A stretch of DNA of 64,000 nt from Pocillopora damicornis (Eukaryota), in assembly GCF_003704095.1 (NCBI RefSeq), contig NW_020845359.1, forward strand, positions 1 to 64,000, in the 5' to 3' direction. The notes under the pieces were generated by a model. The model searched no databases and was not told the DNA's origin. It worked only from the letters and a program-made list of their open reading frames with translations. The position numbers and the translations under genes were made by a program. Each line of letters begins with the position of its first letter. Position 1 is the first letter of the stretch. Positions 1-43,160 of the stretch are shown piece by piece.

Positions 1-94
1 CGATAGTCGGTCGATTGTCGACCGATCGTCGACCGATAGTCGACCGATAGTCGATCGATATGTCGACCGAGTCCACCTATAGTACACATGATCC
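1..94. repeat. Degenerate 11-bp tandem repeat (GTCGACCGATA), probably the end of a non-autonomous DNA element
   Basis: Repeated gtcgaccgata units ending in agtacacatgatcc. Confidence 0.55.
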
Positions 95-511
95 GCCTTT
101 TCACGCTAAAATATTAACCTAGTAAGATTTCCTTCGCCGCCGTAAGCCGCCANNNNNNNNNNCCCTGAATACTAGTTCCCAAGCTTCGAGCCCAAAGGTC
201 TCACACATGCACTGAAATTATGCTATTCGTTATTTCAGGGCCGATTAAGAAATAACGATAATCGTTATTTTGGTGTCGAGATCATGCTGAAAAAGATAGA
301 CTCGACTGCATGTGGTTCTGCACCACTCTGATAACCAGGCCCCCTCCCATGATAGTAACCCATAGTGCATTGCTCAGCGCAAGTACTCCGCTGTTTCTTC
401 CGGTTCTTTGGCTGTGTACAAATCGTCATGGCCTGCACAGTTCGGAAGCGGATGAGGTTATAACGTCGGCATTAACTTAACCAACTGCTGAGCCCGTAAA
501 CGCTTGACATC

Positions 512-31276
<30,765 letters not shown>

Positions 31277-31552
31277 GGTAGAACCTTGGCGATTTAAGAA
31301 ATTAATGGCACTAATGCTAAGTGGACATTATCAAATTTAAAGGGAGAACAGAGTAGTAGTACGACTCTGTCAAGTGTTCTTGATAAGTGACCTGAGGTGA
31401 AATCTAAAAGTCAGGTTTTGTATTGAACTAGTAGGTATCTATGTATCAAATCCCAACAAACTTTCCTTTCGAAGATATGATGTTTACTCAGTTTTTTCAC
31501 TTTGATCGAAGTTATGTTTTACCCCTCAGTTATACTGTTTTGTTGCAATTAA

Positions 31553-31558
31553 AATAAA
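31553..31558 (+). promoter_or_regulatory. Candidate polyadenylation signal of the kinase gene
   Basis: AATAAA about 280 nt after the stop codon; an alternative lies near 32197. Confidence 0.35.
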
Positions 31559-33122
31559 TTGAAATACATACATATATATATATTTACATATATATGATAT
31601 GATACATATGGTAGTTTTTAAAAATGAAGAATTTAAACTCGAGTTTCACTCACTAAGTTATCGTCAGATTGAAGTTTTCTTAGCGAGCAGAATTGTACGT
31701 GAAAGTTTCAAATTTCAAATTCAGTTGCGGTTTGAAAATAAGCAGTTACAATAACGCTCATGAGAGAAACAACATTAATTAGTTTGCAGTTCCTAACTTT
31801 CCCAGTGTTTCTGTCACGAGTTCCTCATAATGTGAACAAATTCTTTGTAGAAAACGTTTCCAACTGAGATGGGATGATAATTTTAAAAAAGGAGAATAAT
31901 GCGCAGAGGGTTTTTTATCTTTTTTTTTGTAATGTCAAATGATTTTTATACAGAATAATTTTAGACGAGTCACTAGACGGTAGGATTTTGAGGAATCATT
32001 CCCTCTGGGAATTTTTGTATTTTGGAGAAGGAAACTTCCGATGAAATTCTTGAAATTAAACAATTAGTATGTGTTCCGCATAACCTCTATCAATTCAATA
32101 GTTGTGAAGAGACCTACGCCAGTTACTGACGAAGAGAACGTGGCTGAGTTGGGTAACCAAACATAATTATTGTTTAATAATTTAGACCGATTTTGAAATA
32201 AAAAAGAATTTTTTAATGCTTTACACTTCTGGAGACTTTGATTATTTAACCATGATGATCAAATGGTTAGTGCCTCATGTGAAACTCACATAAAGATTTC
32301 CCTAATTACTACAAAGGCACATTTAGGTTACTGTAGGTCTTTAGGGGTGTGTGCCAGAAAATCGTTCGCATTCGCGTTGCTTTTATCAGAACCTCTGATA
32401 ACCTTGAGTACATATTACCGTAAAGCTGATAAAATTCACGATTAAGTCAGTTCGAGTTAGTAGCTGCAGGTGGAGAGGTCCACATTGAAAACAAAATTTC
32501 ATTAATAGGAAGCGTGTGTGACCATACATTCAATTTTTTTCCCCTGAGTTTCTCACATTTTCGTACAATTCAGGAATAATCGTATTCGTATTTTCTAATC
32601 AGCCTATCGCTGACCCGGCCAGTCACAAATCCCTTAGCCGACTATTCCCTGAAATGAGCTCCACTCCTTTTCCATTATTACAAATAATTATTTAGAAAAA
32701 GATTTGGGTCGATGTTAAGGACGTGCAAAATTAACCAGGTTTGATAACTTGAATTACCTACCTACGGGTACGCACGCACAACCCGATAAACGGAGCAGTG
32801 TCACACTATTAATTCACTCAGAGTTTGCGAATCCATTCAAATATGAAGCTAGAGTTTTTTACCCCATAACGGTTTACAAGCTACCACACCATCAAAGCAG
32901 TTTCATGGCGTTTATCCGAAACAGAGGCTTCGGACTCTTAAGGCTCCAAACAAGACTAACCAGTTGAAATTCGTAGAAAATGCCCATGTTTCTATAATTA
33001 CGTGGTCATATGAGGAAGTGTGGTCCATCCGAGCCGAAGGGAAAGAGCAGAGACGTAGGGGAAAGCAGCAGCGAGTCGAGAAACCAGTATCGATCTACCG
33101 GCGATCCCAAAAAAAACAAACG

Positions 33123-33645
33123 TGACTATGACTATGACTATGACTATGACTATGACTATGACTATGACTATGACTANNNNNNNNNNNNNNNNNNNNNNNN
33201 NNNNNNNNNNNNNNNNNNNNNNNNNNNNNNNNNNNNNNNNNNNNNNNNNNNNNNNNNNNNNNNNNNNNNNNNNNNNNNNNNNNNNNNNNNNNNNNNNNNN
33301 NNNNNNNNNNNNNNNNNNNNNNNNNNNNNNNNNNNNNNNNNNNNNNNNNNNNNNNNNNNNNNNNNNNNNNNNNNNNNNNNNNNNNNNNNNNNNNNNNNNN
33401 NNNNNNNNNNNNNNNNNNNNNNNNNNNNNNNNNNNNNNNNNNNNNNNNNNNNNNNNNNNNNNNNNNNNNNNNNNNNNNNNNNNNNNNNNNNNNNNNNNNN
33501 NNNNNNNNNNNNNNNNNNNNNNNNNNNNNNNNNNNNNNNNNNNNNNNNNNNNNNNNNNNNNNNNNNNNNNNNNNNNNNNNNNNNNNNNNNNTATGACTAT
33601 GACTATGACTATGACTATGACTATGACTATGACTATGACTATGAC
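33123..33645. repeat. (GACTAT)n hexamer microsatellite spanning an assembly gap
   Basis: Perfect GACTAT runs on both sides of a ~415-N gap. Confidence 0.95.
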
Positions 33646-33649
33646 CGAT

Positions 33650-36052
33650 ACTGGTAGTCTAACTGTCATGAAGCATATATCATCTGATATGTACCTCTTG
33701 TCAGTGTTTGCTGCGAAAGCGATCTTATTTATAATCTGAGTGAACATTTCATTCTTTTTCGAGTTATACAGTTCATCTAACGAAGTTGAACTTCTTCTGT
33801 CCAGAAAGTATTCTTGACGTCTCTGAAACGAGGTGAGTCACCTGCATGTGAACTGCCATAAGATTCTCATCGAAGATTTTGGTGACCGATTGCCTGTTCT
33901 GTCTGATAACTCTCATGACCACTTTATTCCGTATATTCTCCATTGTCTTTCCAAATACTGAGATGCCTTTCATAAGCCTGTAGAAGTCTTTTTCAAAATC
34001 TGATTTGGCACCAGTTCTGAGTTTTGTGTTCAAGTAGATGTAAGGTTTTAACCGGGCATATGGTTTGAGCTTGAATTCTCGATGAATCATCTTAAACTTC
34101 ATCCCAAAATGTGTGTAATTCTTCAAGTTTCTAGAGTGAAGCACACACTTCTCTTTAAAATGAAAGTTCGGGATGAGCTTTTCAACTCTGTCAGTAATCA
34201 ATCTCTTAGGAGCTAATAGATAGTCATTGTGAAGACTAGATGAAGATGGTCAGGATATTCAAGATCAACTTCAAGCATAAATCCAACGTCCGAGTCAGGA
34301 TCTGCAAAGTCTTTCCAATTCTCAAATTCTGCGGGAGCATCCATCCATTCGAGATAAAGAGGTCGAAAGTTTTTACTCATTCTCTATCAGTGCAGATCCT
34401 TTGCATCGAGATACGTGATGAAAGTGCTTTCTTCCTCAGGGTTGAAGTCTTTCATATACTTAGTATTCGCCTTTGCATGTCTCTTTGAAATCATTGAAAC
34501 TCATCTTGGATTCTTTTTTCAAACATCAAAATCCCCATGTCAGGGTCTGTTAGAAGATAGAGAAATACTCCCGTCTTCTTAAGAGCTATGTCCTAAGTTA
34601 AACTGATGCTATGAAATACCATGCTAAATAGAGCTTTTAGTTTTTCATGCAAACCTTTCTGAAGTTTTGAAAAACATCTGCGAGGGTAAGAACATAAACA
34701 GAGGTAAAGATCGTAGTGGAGTGCCATCGTTTGCATCCAAATTTCTTCCAAACCTCTTGAGCGTGTTTGTAGTCTTCGTCAGTGATGTGTTCATTATTAA
34801 GCTTTGAAAAGAAATCTTCCTTTGGTGGCAGGTGTGTGGCTTCCATCTTCTTGAGTGAATCAAATTAATCATATGGAAACACTCCTTTCCTCGACATCTT
34901 ATTTATATTATCAATGTACTTGTTGAGGTGACAAATGTCATCTTTGTGGAGATTAGAAACGAGGGTGGCGGAGAGATGGCTGCATGAATCTGAGGCTGTC
35001 AAATTTCACATATTAATCGACTTCACTTCTCCATCTTTTTCAATCTTACTAAATCTGTCAACAACTATCTTTGTAAAAGATATGTAGTTTTCTTCAGTTT
35101 TCGCTATGCAGAAATATGTCACTTTGTGGTTTTGACGCTTCTTGTCCACTAGTTTTTTAACTATTCCGATATCGAACCCGATGGTTTTCTTGATTTCATC
35201 TAAACAACCTTTCAGAAGTTCGTCTTTTCCTTCTTCAACGTCGTCTTTATGTATTACGAGACCATCAAAAACAAGGCATGCTATCTTACGTTATTTTTCT
35301 CAAGATATTTGCACATGATAAGTGATTGATTTGAAGATCACACATGATGTGATTCAGAACTGATCCTCTTATATTATGATAATTCTCTCCCTTTGTTTCC
35401 TTCGCCTTTGAAACTAACTATGGGTTGAATTTTATCATTTTCGTTTCAATTTTTTTCATCTCTCTCGTGTATTTGATGAACCAATCGGGATCAGTTTTCT
35501 TCTCCACTCTCTGTCTTCCATTTACTAATGCTTATAGTTCTTTCTTTGCATCTCTTTCCTCATTTGAAAATTATCCATAAATGATTTCAGCATCTCTTCG
35601 TGATTCTCTAGGTAATCATTCAACATCGGAGCCAACAATCGTGGATTTCCTTGTTTCTTGTGAAATTGTGTCTCACCTTCCTTCTTACTCCTTGAAGTGA
35701 TGAACAATCAGCAAAATATCTTCTTTTCCTCTTTTTTGTTTGTGACTGTGTGTTCTCCTTTTTCATTGAGCCCTCCAAGATATAGTTTTAATCTTGTTAT
35801 TTCTCCTCCATAATCCTAAACTTTTACAAATCAAAGTTTTTAAATTCTCAACGATGTATTGAGCTTTTCTTTGTCTACTTTCTCTGGTAATCTAATTTTT
35901 CTCTCCTCAGGTTTTCCCGATCCCAACTCCTGTTCGACATCATAATGTTCGCCAAGTTTCTTGATGTGAGCATTATAACTCAAGAGGTTATGAAAGATGA
36001 CAGGAATTGTTATGGGCCTTGAATTTTAGATCACAACGGTTGTGGGCCGCAG
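33650..36052 (-). pseudogene. Polinton/adintovirus-type family B DNA polymerase (pPolB), frameshifted, 5' end cut by a LINE
   Basis: AAHNRCDLKF, IPVIFHNLLSYNAH, CIAKTEENYISFTK, FDSLRFM, LPPKEDFFSKLN..DEDYKHAQEVW, LKPYIYLNTKLRTGAKSDFEKDFYRLM..SVFGKTMENIR, TDKRYISDD. Confidence 0.9.
35115..35950 (-). pseudogene. Family-A-like (TVpol-type) polymerase domain nested inside pPolB
   Basis: LPEKVDKEKLNYIVE; RYFADCSSLQGVRRKVRH; LNDYLENHEEML; RDAKKELxALVNG; GSVLNHIMCD; ACLVFDGLVI..TIGFDIGIVKK. Both junctions read in frame with the PolB motifs. Confidence 0.65.
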
Positions 36053-39000
36053 CTGGCAATCTTTAATCGCCTTGGCGACTCTCAAAGCAAATTTCGTAAC
36101 GGGCGCTTTACGAAGGTCTGCTTCGTTACCGGATGTCTTCACGCAATCTACGTGCGAGTATTTTGCTCATAAAAAACAAGATTAAAGTCTTGGTTTGATA
36201 GATGTTATGCCTGAATCATCTTCGTTGCCGGCCAACGACAGTCATGACAGGAATGACTCCAACTTAAAGCATAGTACTTTCGAGAGAAAGGACGAGATGG
36301 TGCCTTTAACTGAGAAAGAAATTAGGAGTCTAACCATTCCAGCACTGAAAGACGAACTTGCTAAAAGGAATCTATCAAAAAAGGGAAACAAACAAACTTT
36401 GGTCTCCCGATTGAAGTCATCTTTTCAAAGTACCCGCCAGAAAACGAGTGCAGTTTCTGATCAAACGGATACTTCGCTACTGTATAAGGCAAGAGACGAA
36501 ACCAACAACTTAGAGAATTGCCCATGCTTACCACTTCTATTAGATTTACAGAATGAAGTGAAAGAGCTAATTCTTCGCGGCAAATTTTGCCTAACCTGAC
36601 TTTTAATTGTGAGCTGACAAAGCTTCAAGATGAGAACAACGCCTTAAAACAGAGACTTCATGACGTGGAAGACCCCTACTACTCTTTACAGTGGGGGGGG
36701 GGGTGGGGGAACAGGGAGGTCAGAGTCTCCCGCTTCCCGTACCACGTTCTCCCGCCTCCCGTACTTTTGTGCCCCTTTACCTCCCGACTCCCGCCCTTCA
36801 TTGTGTTGCTCCCGTCTTCAGGTTAATCAAGAGGATCAGAGACCTGGGTTTAACTTTCAAACTGTGCCGAAACTTAACATTCTTTTTCATTTTCTGGCCT
36901 TTGTTTTGGCAGGGGGATCGTTGGTTCCTGATGAAAGTTACTACAGGTCAGTTTTCTTAATTAAACTAAGTTTCACTAACCGGGTTATCACAGTTTGACC
37001 GTCGCTGCTGACATCTCGTTATAGAGACGAAAGTTTCAGTTCACTGTGTAAAGTAATAGCTATTACTATTTCAAAATCGAATTTTAAAAAAAACAAGAGG
37101 CAGACGTAATGTTTAGAGTTTGCTTCGCCTGTATCCGTGCTTGCTTTCCCTTTTTGACGTAAGTAACTAGTCGTAGCGAGTACATCAATCGTTGAACCGT
37201 TTGCATTTTGAGCGTTCAGTTTAAGTGCTAGTGAAGCATGATTGAACATTCTTGTTCGACTGATTATCAGATTTGTTCGATAGGTTGAAATCTTCTTTAA
37301 ACCTCTGCGGAAAGTTTTAAGGTTAGAAGAAGTCTTCCATGCCGCGCCGGGAAGACCACACTGAACTCTTCCAACTCCAAATTTTGATTAGAGCCTCTTC
37401 TTCCGCCGAGTCAAGATAACTTCTCGATTTTCTTCAGTTTCATCTGTTTTCAAATCACATTCGCCTCAACAGTCTGAAAGCATCTTGCGAATGTTTCTTC
37501 AGAGAGTTCGAAGCGCCAGTTTAATAATCGAGTGAAAATTGGGGCTGACAAGCCTACACGACTTCGTAGTACGTCAAATTTTCTGTATACTTGTTACAAG
37601 TGTTAAAGGCTCACACGGCTCCAAAGGATGTCGGTTTTCTTGCCTTCGTTATAATTTTGCTCTCACGAGTATATCTTTGAGTGGACGCCCCTTTCTGTAT
37701 GATACTTTAAGTCGTTCCAGAGCGGGCGGTGTCTGGTATCAAGAGGTTGAAATCTTTTTTAAACTCCTGCAGAGAATTTTAATGTTAGAAGAAGTCTTCT
37801 ATGCGCCGGGAAGGCCGCCCTGACCTCTTCCTTCCCCAAATTTTGGTTATAGCCTCTTCTTCCTCTGGGTCAACATAACATCCTTGATTTTCTTTAGTTT
37901 CATTTTTTTCCAAATCACATTCACTTCGGCAGTCTGAAAGGACCTGGCAAAGTCTTTCTTCAGTTAGCTCTAAACGACCGTTTAATAATCGTATCGAATC
38001 TTTACCAATTTCACAAATAACTCCACTTTTCTTGCATTTTGCTTCTTCGCTAGATGTTTCGAAGAGAAAAGAACTATTATCTATGATGATGATGCGTCTA
38101 TCTTACGTGAAATGAAGATGAGAAAAAGTTGGATTTGGATTGAATGCGTAAATTTCAGTATATGATGACTGATACGTTTTGTGATCATGTCCAGGCAAGG
38201 GCACGGGCTTTACATCGCTTCTATAGCTATTGCCTGATGGATGCATTGATGTATCTGCCTCCTTTTCAGAACTCACGGCCTTAAAAAACTCCTGTATTGA
38301 TGTGAGAGCTTGTTCCTCGGTGCTGTCGTTCGCATCCGCCGAAGTGTACATATAGAAGGGGAGAGTGCCAGCTTTGTCGTGAAAGAATTTCGCACGGACT
38401 GTTGCCTGACCCCTCGTTCAAATTAATTTCTCCAATCGTTAAGGCGTTTTATGTCCTCCTTATTCAGGAACGTAGTTGCCTCTTGTGGCACCGGGAGCAA
38501 GTCTTAGTACTTGATTGAAAACTGTGATGGTAGCTCATAGTGTTGTTTCTCCCGAGTGAAGCAAATATATCCAGGCCAGGCAATTCTCTTTAGGGTCTCA
38601 TCTGCTGCCTCGACACAGTTCATCGCACAAACCAGCACAGTGGGTGTGTCTGTCACCTGTCGCATTTCACCATTGAAATACTCGTTAACGAGTGTAAGAA
38701 ACGTTCTTACATCAAAAACTTCGAGCAGATGAGGACATTCCTTACTTAATCGTGTTCAGAGGCGATGAAGGAAGTTCTTGATGAAAGTTACTGAGGTGAC
38801 CGTCTTCTCAGCTGGGGTTCCATGAGGCCTTTGCATCGTTCCAGAAACTTTAAACTTGGCCTTGACGTTTTGAAGTATCTGCATTAGGGTTTTTCTGCTT
38901 TCTCAATGCGTTGCTCGGCTTTTAAGAGAGATGGCAACTCGGCACGACATAGAATGTCAGAATGAAGGCACGATAAATGTCTTCCATTACTCTGATATAC

Positions 39001-42000
39001 TTTATCAGAGCCGATATCTTGGAAATAAGCCTGACACTTTCGCTGCCTGTGTCAACGAAAAATATTGCTCCCCTCTCAGAAATTATCCCTGTTGGGTGGG
39101 ACACTCTTGCTACATCGATGAACCCGTCCTCTGCTCCACTCGTACCATCACCAATGATTGTGTCCACTTTCTCGACTTCTTTCTTGCCATCTAAGACAGA
39201 CGCTTCAAGAGAAAACCGTTTCAACGTGTGTGATGTGGTGTCTGTGAAAATGACTGAATGACAATTCAAACTCACTCCGTGAATTTGGCTGCACAAGGTA
39301 CTTCCGTTTTAGGTTTGGAACGACCAGGCCCCCCCTTTGTTCCCTTGCTGGTCACACTTTTCTAGGTACTCTGTAGAAAAACAGTAATGGCAGATTTTAA
39401 CTCCTCTCAGCTATAATGTTGGCCATGTTCGTAATCAACGTGTACTTCACGTCTAGCGACAAATTTATTAAAAATGGCGTGCTCGATAACCCCTCACAGG
39501 AGTACACAAGAATTTTTGGGCCAGCGTGTGAAATCTGATATTTTTGTACAGGCCACCTCATTTTTGAGAAACCATTTGGTCTCTTGTGAGTGTGAGGTTT
39601 CATTATTTGCATTGATAGTCTATATCTTTTCATATCTACAACGTTAGTACACGTTTGATTTGTGCTATGTTGTACTATGTTGCACTCCTTTGCATTAGTC
39701 TCCAGATTGTGCAATGTTTATCACTGACTGAATTTTCTGTATTCATTTGACAGCGCTTCACCAGTATCAAACACACTGGTGGTGATTCCTCTCCCAAATC
39801 GTCCCACTTCAAAAGTTGAATAATGTGGCCATATTTTGCTTGAGAGAATTAAAGTGTATGTAATGCGCACTTTGGCAACTGCGAATATGTTAAATTACCG
39901 TGTAGAATACAGTCAGCACAGGAAATCACACCTATCGTGTAGTTCATAATCTTTTGCTATCATTTTGTCTTTGTTGTCTATAAAATCCAATCTGATGGCT
40001 AGCCATACTGTTTGACTCCCTATCCTAATGNNNNNNNNNNTAGCCTTGTCCAAAATAAAAAATTGCATTGAAAAGTGAACCACTCCGCACTCTCCGGCGC
40101 ACCCCTGTCCCCCTCATCTTTACAGCGTGAAGCAAAATCTATTCACGATGAAATTAAGTTTAATGACTGCTCTAGAACTTTTAAACAACGAAATTAATGG
40201 CAAAGAAATTAAATATCGAGATGGTAGATATGAAAATATCAATGAGCAAAATTTGCATGATGAGGAAACCCCTTGAGTGACAGTACGTGACAACAAAGCA
40301 ATGCCCAGAAACAAAAAGAGAGAGCGTCAATTGCCAGTTGGGGGAAAGATGTCAGCCCGTAATTCTACTGACATTGCGCCTCAAAGAATAATAACGAGCG
40401 GACCACTCTCATCGTTGGTGACTCCATAATAAAGAATATTCAGGGAATGAAACTAGCCTAGACTGTGGGACATCGGGTTGTTGTCAAGCCGTTCCCTGGA
40501 GCCACAATTGGCGACATGCGTTCGCATGTTGTTCCTACAATTGATAAGTCTCCTGACCAAATTTGTCGACATGTGGGCACCAACGATCTGAAATCATCTA
40601 CACCGAGTGATGTGGTAGATGCTATTATAGACTTGGCCAGAGGGGTTGAGAATGCTTACGAGTCTCAAGTAGTTATATCTGAACTAACTGCAAGGAATGA
40701 TGATTACTGCGACGCCGTCAAAGCGGTAAACAAACGTCTAAAACAATTTTGCCAAAAAAATGACTGATACTCATCAGCCATGCTAACATCAGTTCAAAAG
40801 GACTTAACAAAGGTGGACTGCACGCAAAAATTACAACAAAGCTGACTCAGGTAGTTCGGTTCCTTCCAATATGTCTAAATTTTCTACCAGCTAAACGTGG
40901 TTTCAAAATGGCCTTTTTGAACATTAACAGTCTCGTCAAACATGTTGACGAACTTAGGGTCTTTCTTGCTGAGTTTTCATTTGATATTCTGGCAATTAAT
41001 GAAACCAAACTTGACGAATCCATAAAAAGTTCCGAACTCCATATACCATGCCATGAATTTATCCGTCGTGACAGAAATAGACATGGTGGAGGGGTAGGTT
41101 TTTACATTAAGTCTTCTAATTCTTATATAGTGCACTCCGGTCTAAACGTGATTAATCTTGAAAATTTAGCTATAAGAAATTCGTACACCAAACTCTAGGC
41201 CATTTCTAGTAGCGACATGATACGGACCTCCCTGTTCTCCAACCGATTCAGTTATTTTCGAGTAACGAGTCATTTATAGGCAAATTAGATTCTCTCGACC
41301 TAGAGTACTATTTGTTAGGTGGCTTAAATTGTAATTTGGTCTCTCCAACACCTGATGCAAACACTTATCGTTTACTCGAGATTTCGGATTTATATGGCCT
41401 CAAACAACTGATAAATGAACCGACGCGTGTTACAGAATCCTCATCTACACTAATTGATTTGATCTATACAAATTATGCAGACAGGGTATGCTTTTCTGGT
41501 GTCTCCCATATTGCCATCAGCGATCATAGCCTTGTCTATGTTTACCGGAAAATATCTTCTGATTTGCCATCTAAGGGACACTCTTCCATCTCTTACAGAA
41601 ACTTTCGAAATCTGAAATCTCTCAACAAGACTGATCGTTCAATGAATCAGAAGTTCCAAATTTGGCATAGTCTAACTGGAAAAAAAATTTGTGCGCGTCG
41701 TTAACTCTCATGCTCCTTTTGGAACTAGACGTATTAAATTGAACAAAACACCCTAGTTTAATTCAGCCTCGAAGAAACGTATGCGCTGTCGCGATGCTGC
41801 TAAAAGGAAAGCGATAAAAACAACTAAAGAATCTTCAAGACTGAGGGAATTACAGAAAGTTCCAAAACCGAATCAAGAATAAAGTGAAAACCACTAAGGC
41901 ATCCTATGATCGCAATAGTTTTATTCAATCCAAAGGAAGTGCTCGAAGGACTTGGAAGACTATAAACAACCACATGTCTCGTCGTCAGAACAATCAGATT

Positions 42001-42775
42001 GTAGAAGATGTGAAAGTATATGACATCTCTATCTGTAACTCTAACGAGATTTCCAACGCCTTTAACGAACACTTTTCAACTATTGGGCCCAGGCTAGCCC
42101 GTGAAATACCCTTAACTTCGACCGAGGAGTCTATTTATTTAGAAAATATTACTGAAAATTACAAAAAAGTTTGTTTTCGTTCAACAACTACCAGTGATGT
42201 CTTTACCCATCTAAAAAGATTGTCAAAAACTAAAGCTACAGGACTAGATAATATCTCTGCTAGGTTGATTCGTGATTGTGCTGATGTTATTTCATGCCCG
42301 CTATCTATTTAATAAATCCCAGATGTCTGGCATATTTCCTGACGACTGGAAATGTGCCAGAGTGACTCCTTTGTTTAAACAGGGCGAGTTATCTGACTTA
42401 AACAACTACCGACCTATCTCAGTCATTTCCGTAGTCACCAAAGTGTTCGGGAGGATTGTTTACGATCAGTTATACAACCTCTTAAATAGTGAAGAAATCA
42501 TCTCTAAACAACAATCTAGTTTCCGGTCTCTGCACTCAACTGTTACTGCACTTCTAGAAGNNNNNNNNNNTTGGGCGTTTAATATCGATCGTGGCTACGT
42601 CAATGTCGTAGTGTTTCTAGACTTAAAAAAGGCATTCAACACTGTTGATCATGAGATATAACTAACCAAAATGAATCGGTGTGGAATTCAAGGTAAAACT
42701 CTTGATTGGTTTAAATCGTATTTGACAAATCATACACAACAGTGTTCAGTTAACGGTTGTCTCCCTGACTTCAGC
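36053..42775 (+). mobile_element. CR1/L2-group LINE: ORF1 (SAP, coiled coil, SGNH esterase) and ORF2 (APE endonuclease, RT), decayed and interrupted
   Basis: SAP LTIPALKDELAKRNLSKKGNKQTLVSRL (~36320-36415); esterase IVGDSII..FPGAT..HVGTNDL..GGLH (40410-40822); APE LNINSL, INETKL, RRDRNRHGGGVG, SDHSLV; RT KATGLDNI, NYRPISVI, VFLDLKKAF. Confidence 0.92.
36692..40116 (-). mobile_element. DNA transposon with 9-bp TSD inserted in LINE ORF1; decayed NHL-repeat-containing gene
   Basis: TCTTTACAG at 36683-36691 and 40117-40125; ends TGGGGG..GGGGAACAGGG / CCCTGTCCCCCTCA; the LINE reading YYSLQ|REAKS resumes after it; NHL-like GDGTSGAEDG..HPTGI..FFVDTG at 38922-39296. Confidence 0.8.
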
Positions 42776-43059
42776 GCTTTTTTGCAGCCGTTTTATCAGA
42801 AAAGGATTAAACCAATGTTGATACGTGAGGAGTGTAGGTTTTTGTTAAAACAACCATGAAATATGTGCTAATATCTACCGATAAAGTTCCCTCCTTGCGG
42901 TTGGGGTCATTGTGAAATCGACATCTCGTAATGGTCTTGATATATCTGGAAATTAAGTAATAATCGCGGGTATACAACCCATTCAAGCTTTTTCAGCTGT
43001 AAACAAGTGTGTACTTTTCTACTTTTGGCTCATTTCTAAGCTCGTTAACACGAGGAAAT

Positions 43060-43160
43060 ATGCCTCGTGGGGATTGCTGTGCTGTGTGGGCTCATAACAA
43101 CGATTGTAGGTACCTAGAAAAGCAAAATATTCTTCCTCTTGTTGGAATATTGAGATTAGC
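43060..43160 (+). pseudogene. THAP-domain N-terminal fragment (transposon derived)
   Basis: MPRGDCCAVWAHNND.. fits a degenerate THAP start MxxxxCxVxGCxN. Confidence 0.5.

Noticed and set aside
32100-32165. Hammerhead ribozyme at ctgacgaag
   Set aside because: No GAAA with a closing stem; more likely a degenerate SINE tail
32998-33747. ORFs with VI/DY/MT dipeptide runs
   Set aside because: Translation of the GACTAT microsatellite and the N gap
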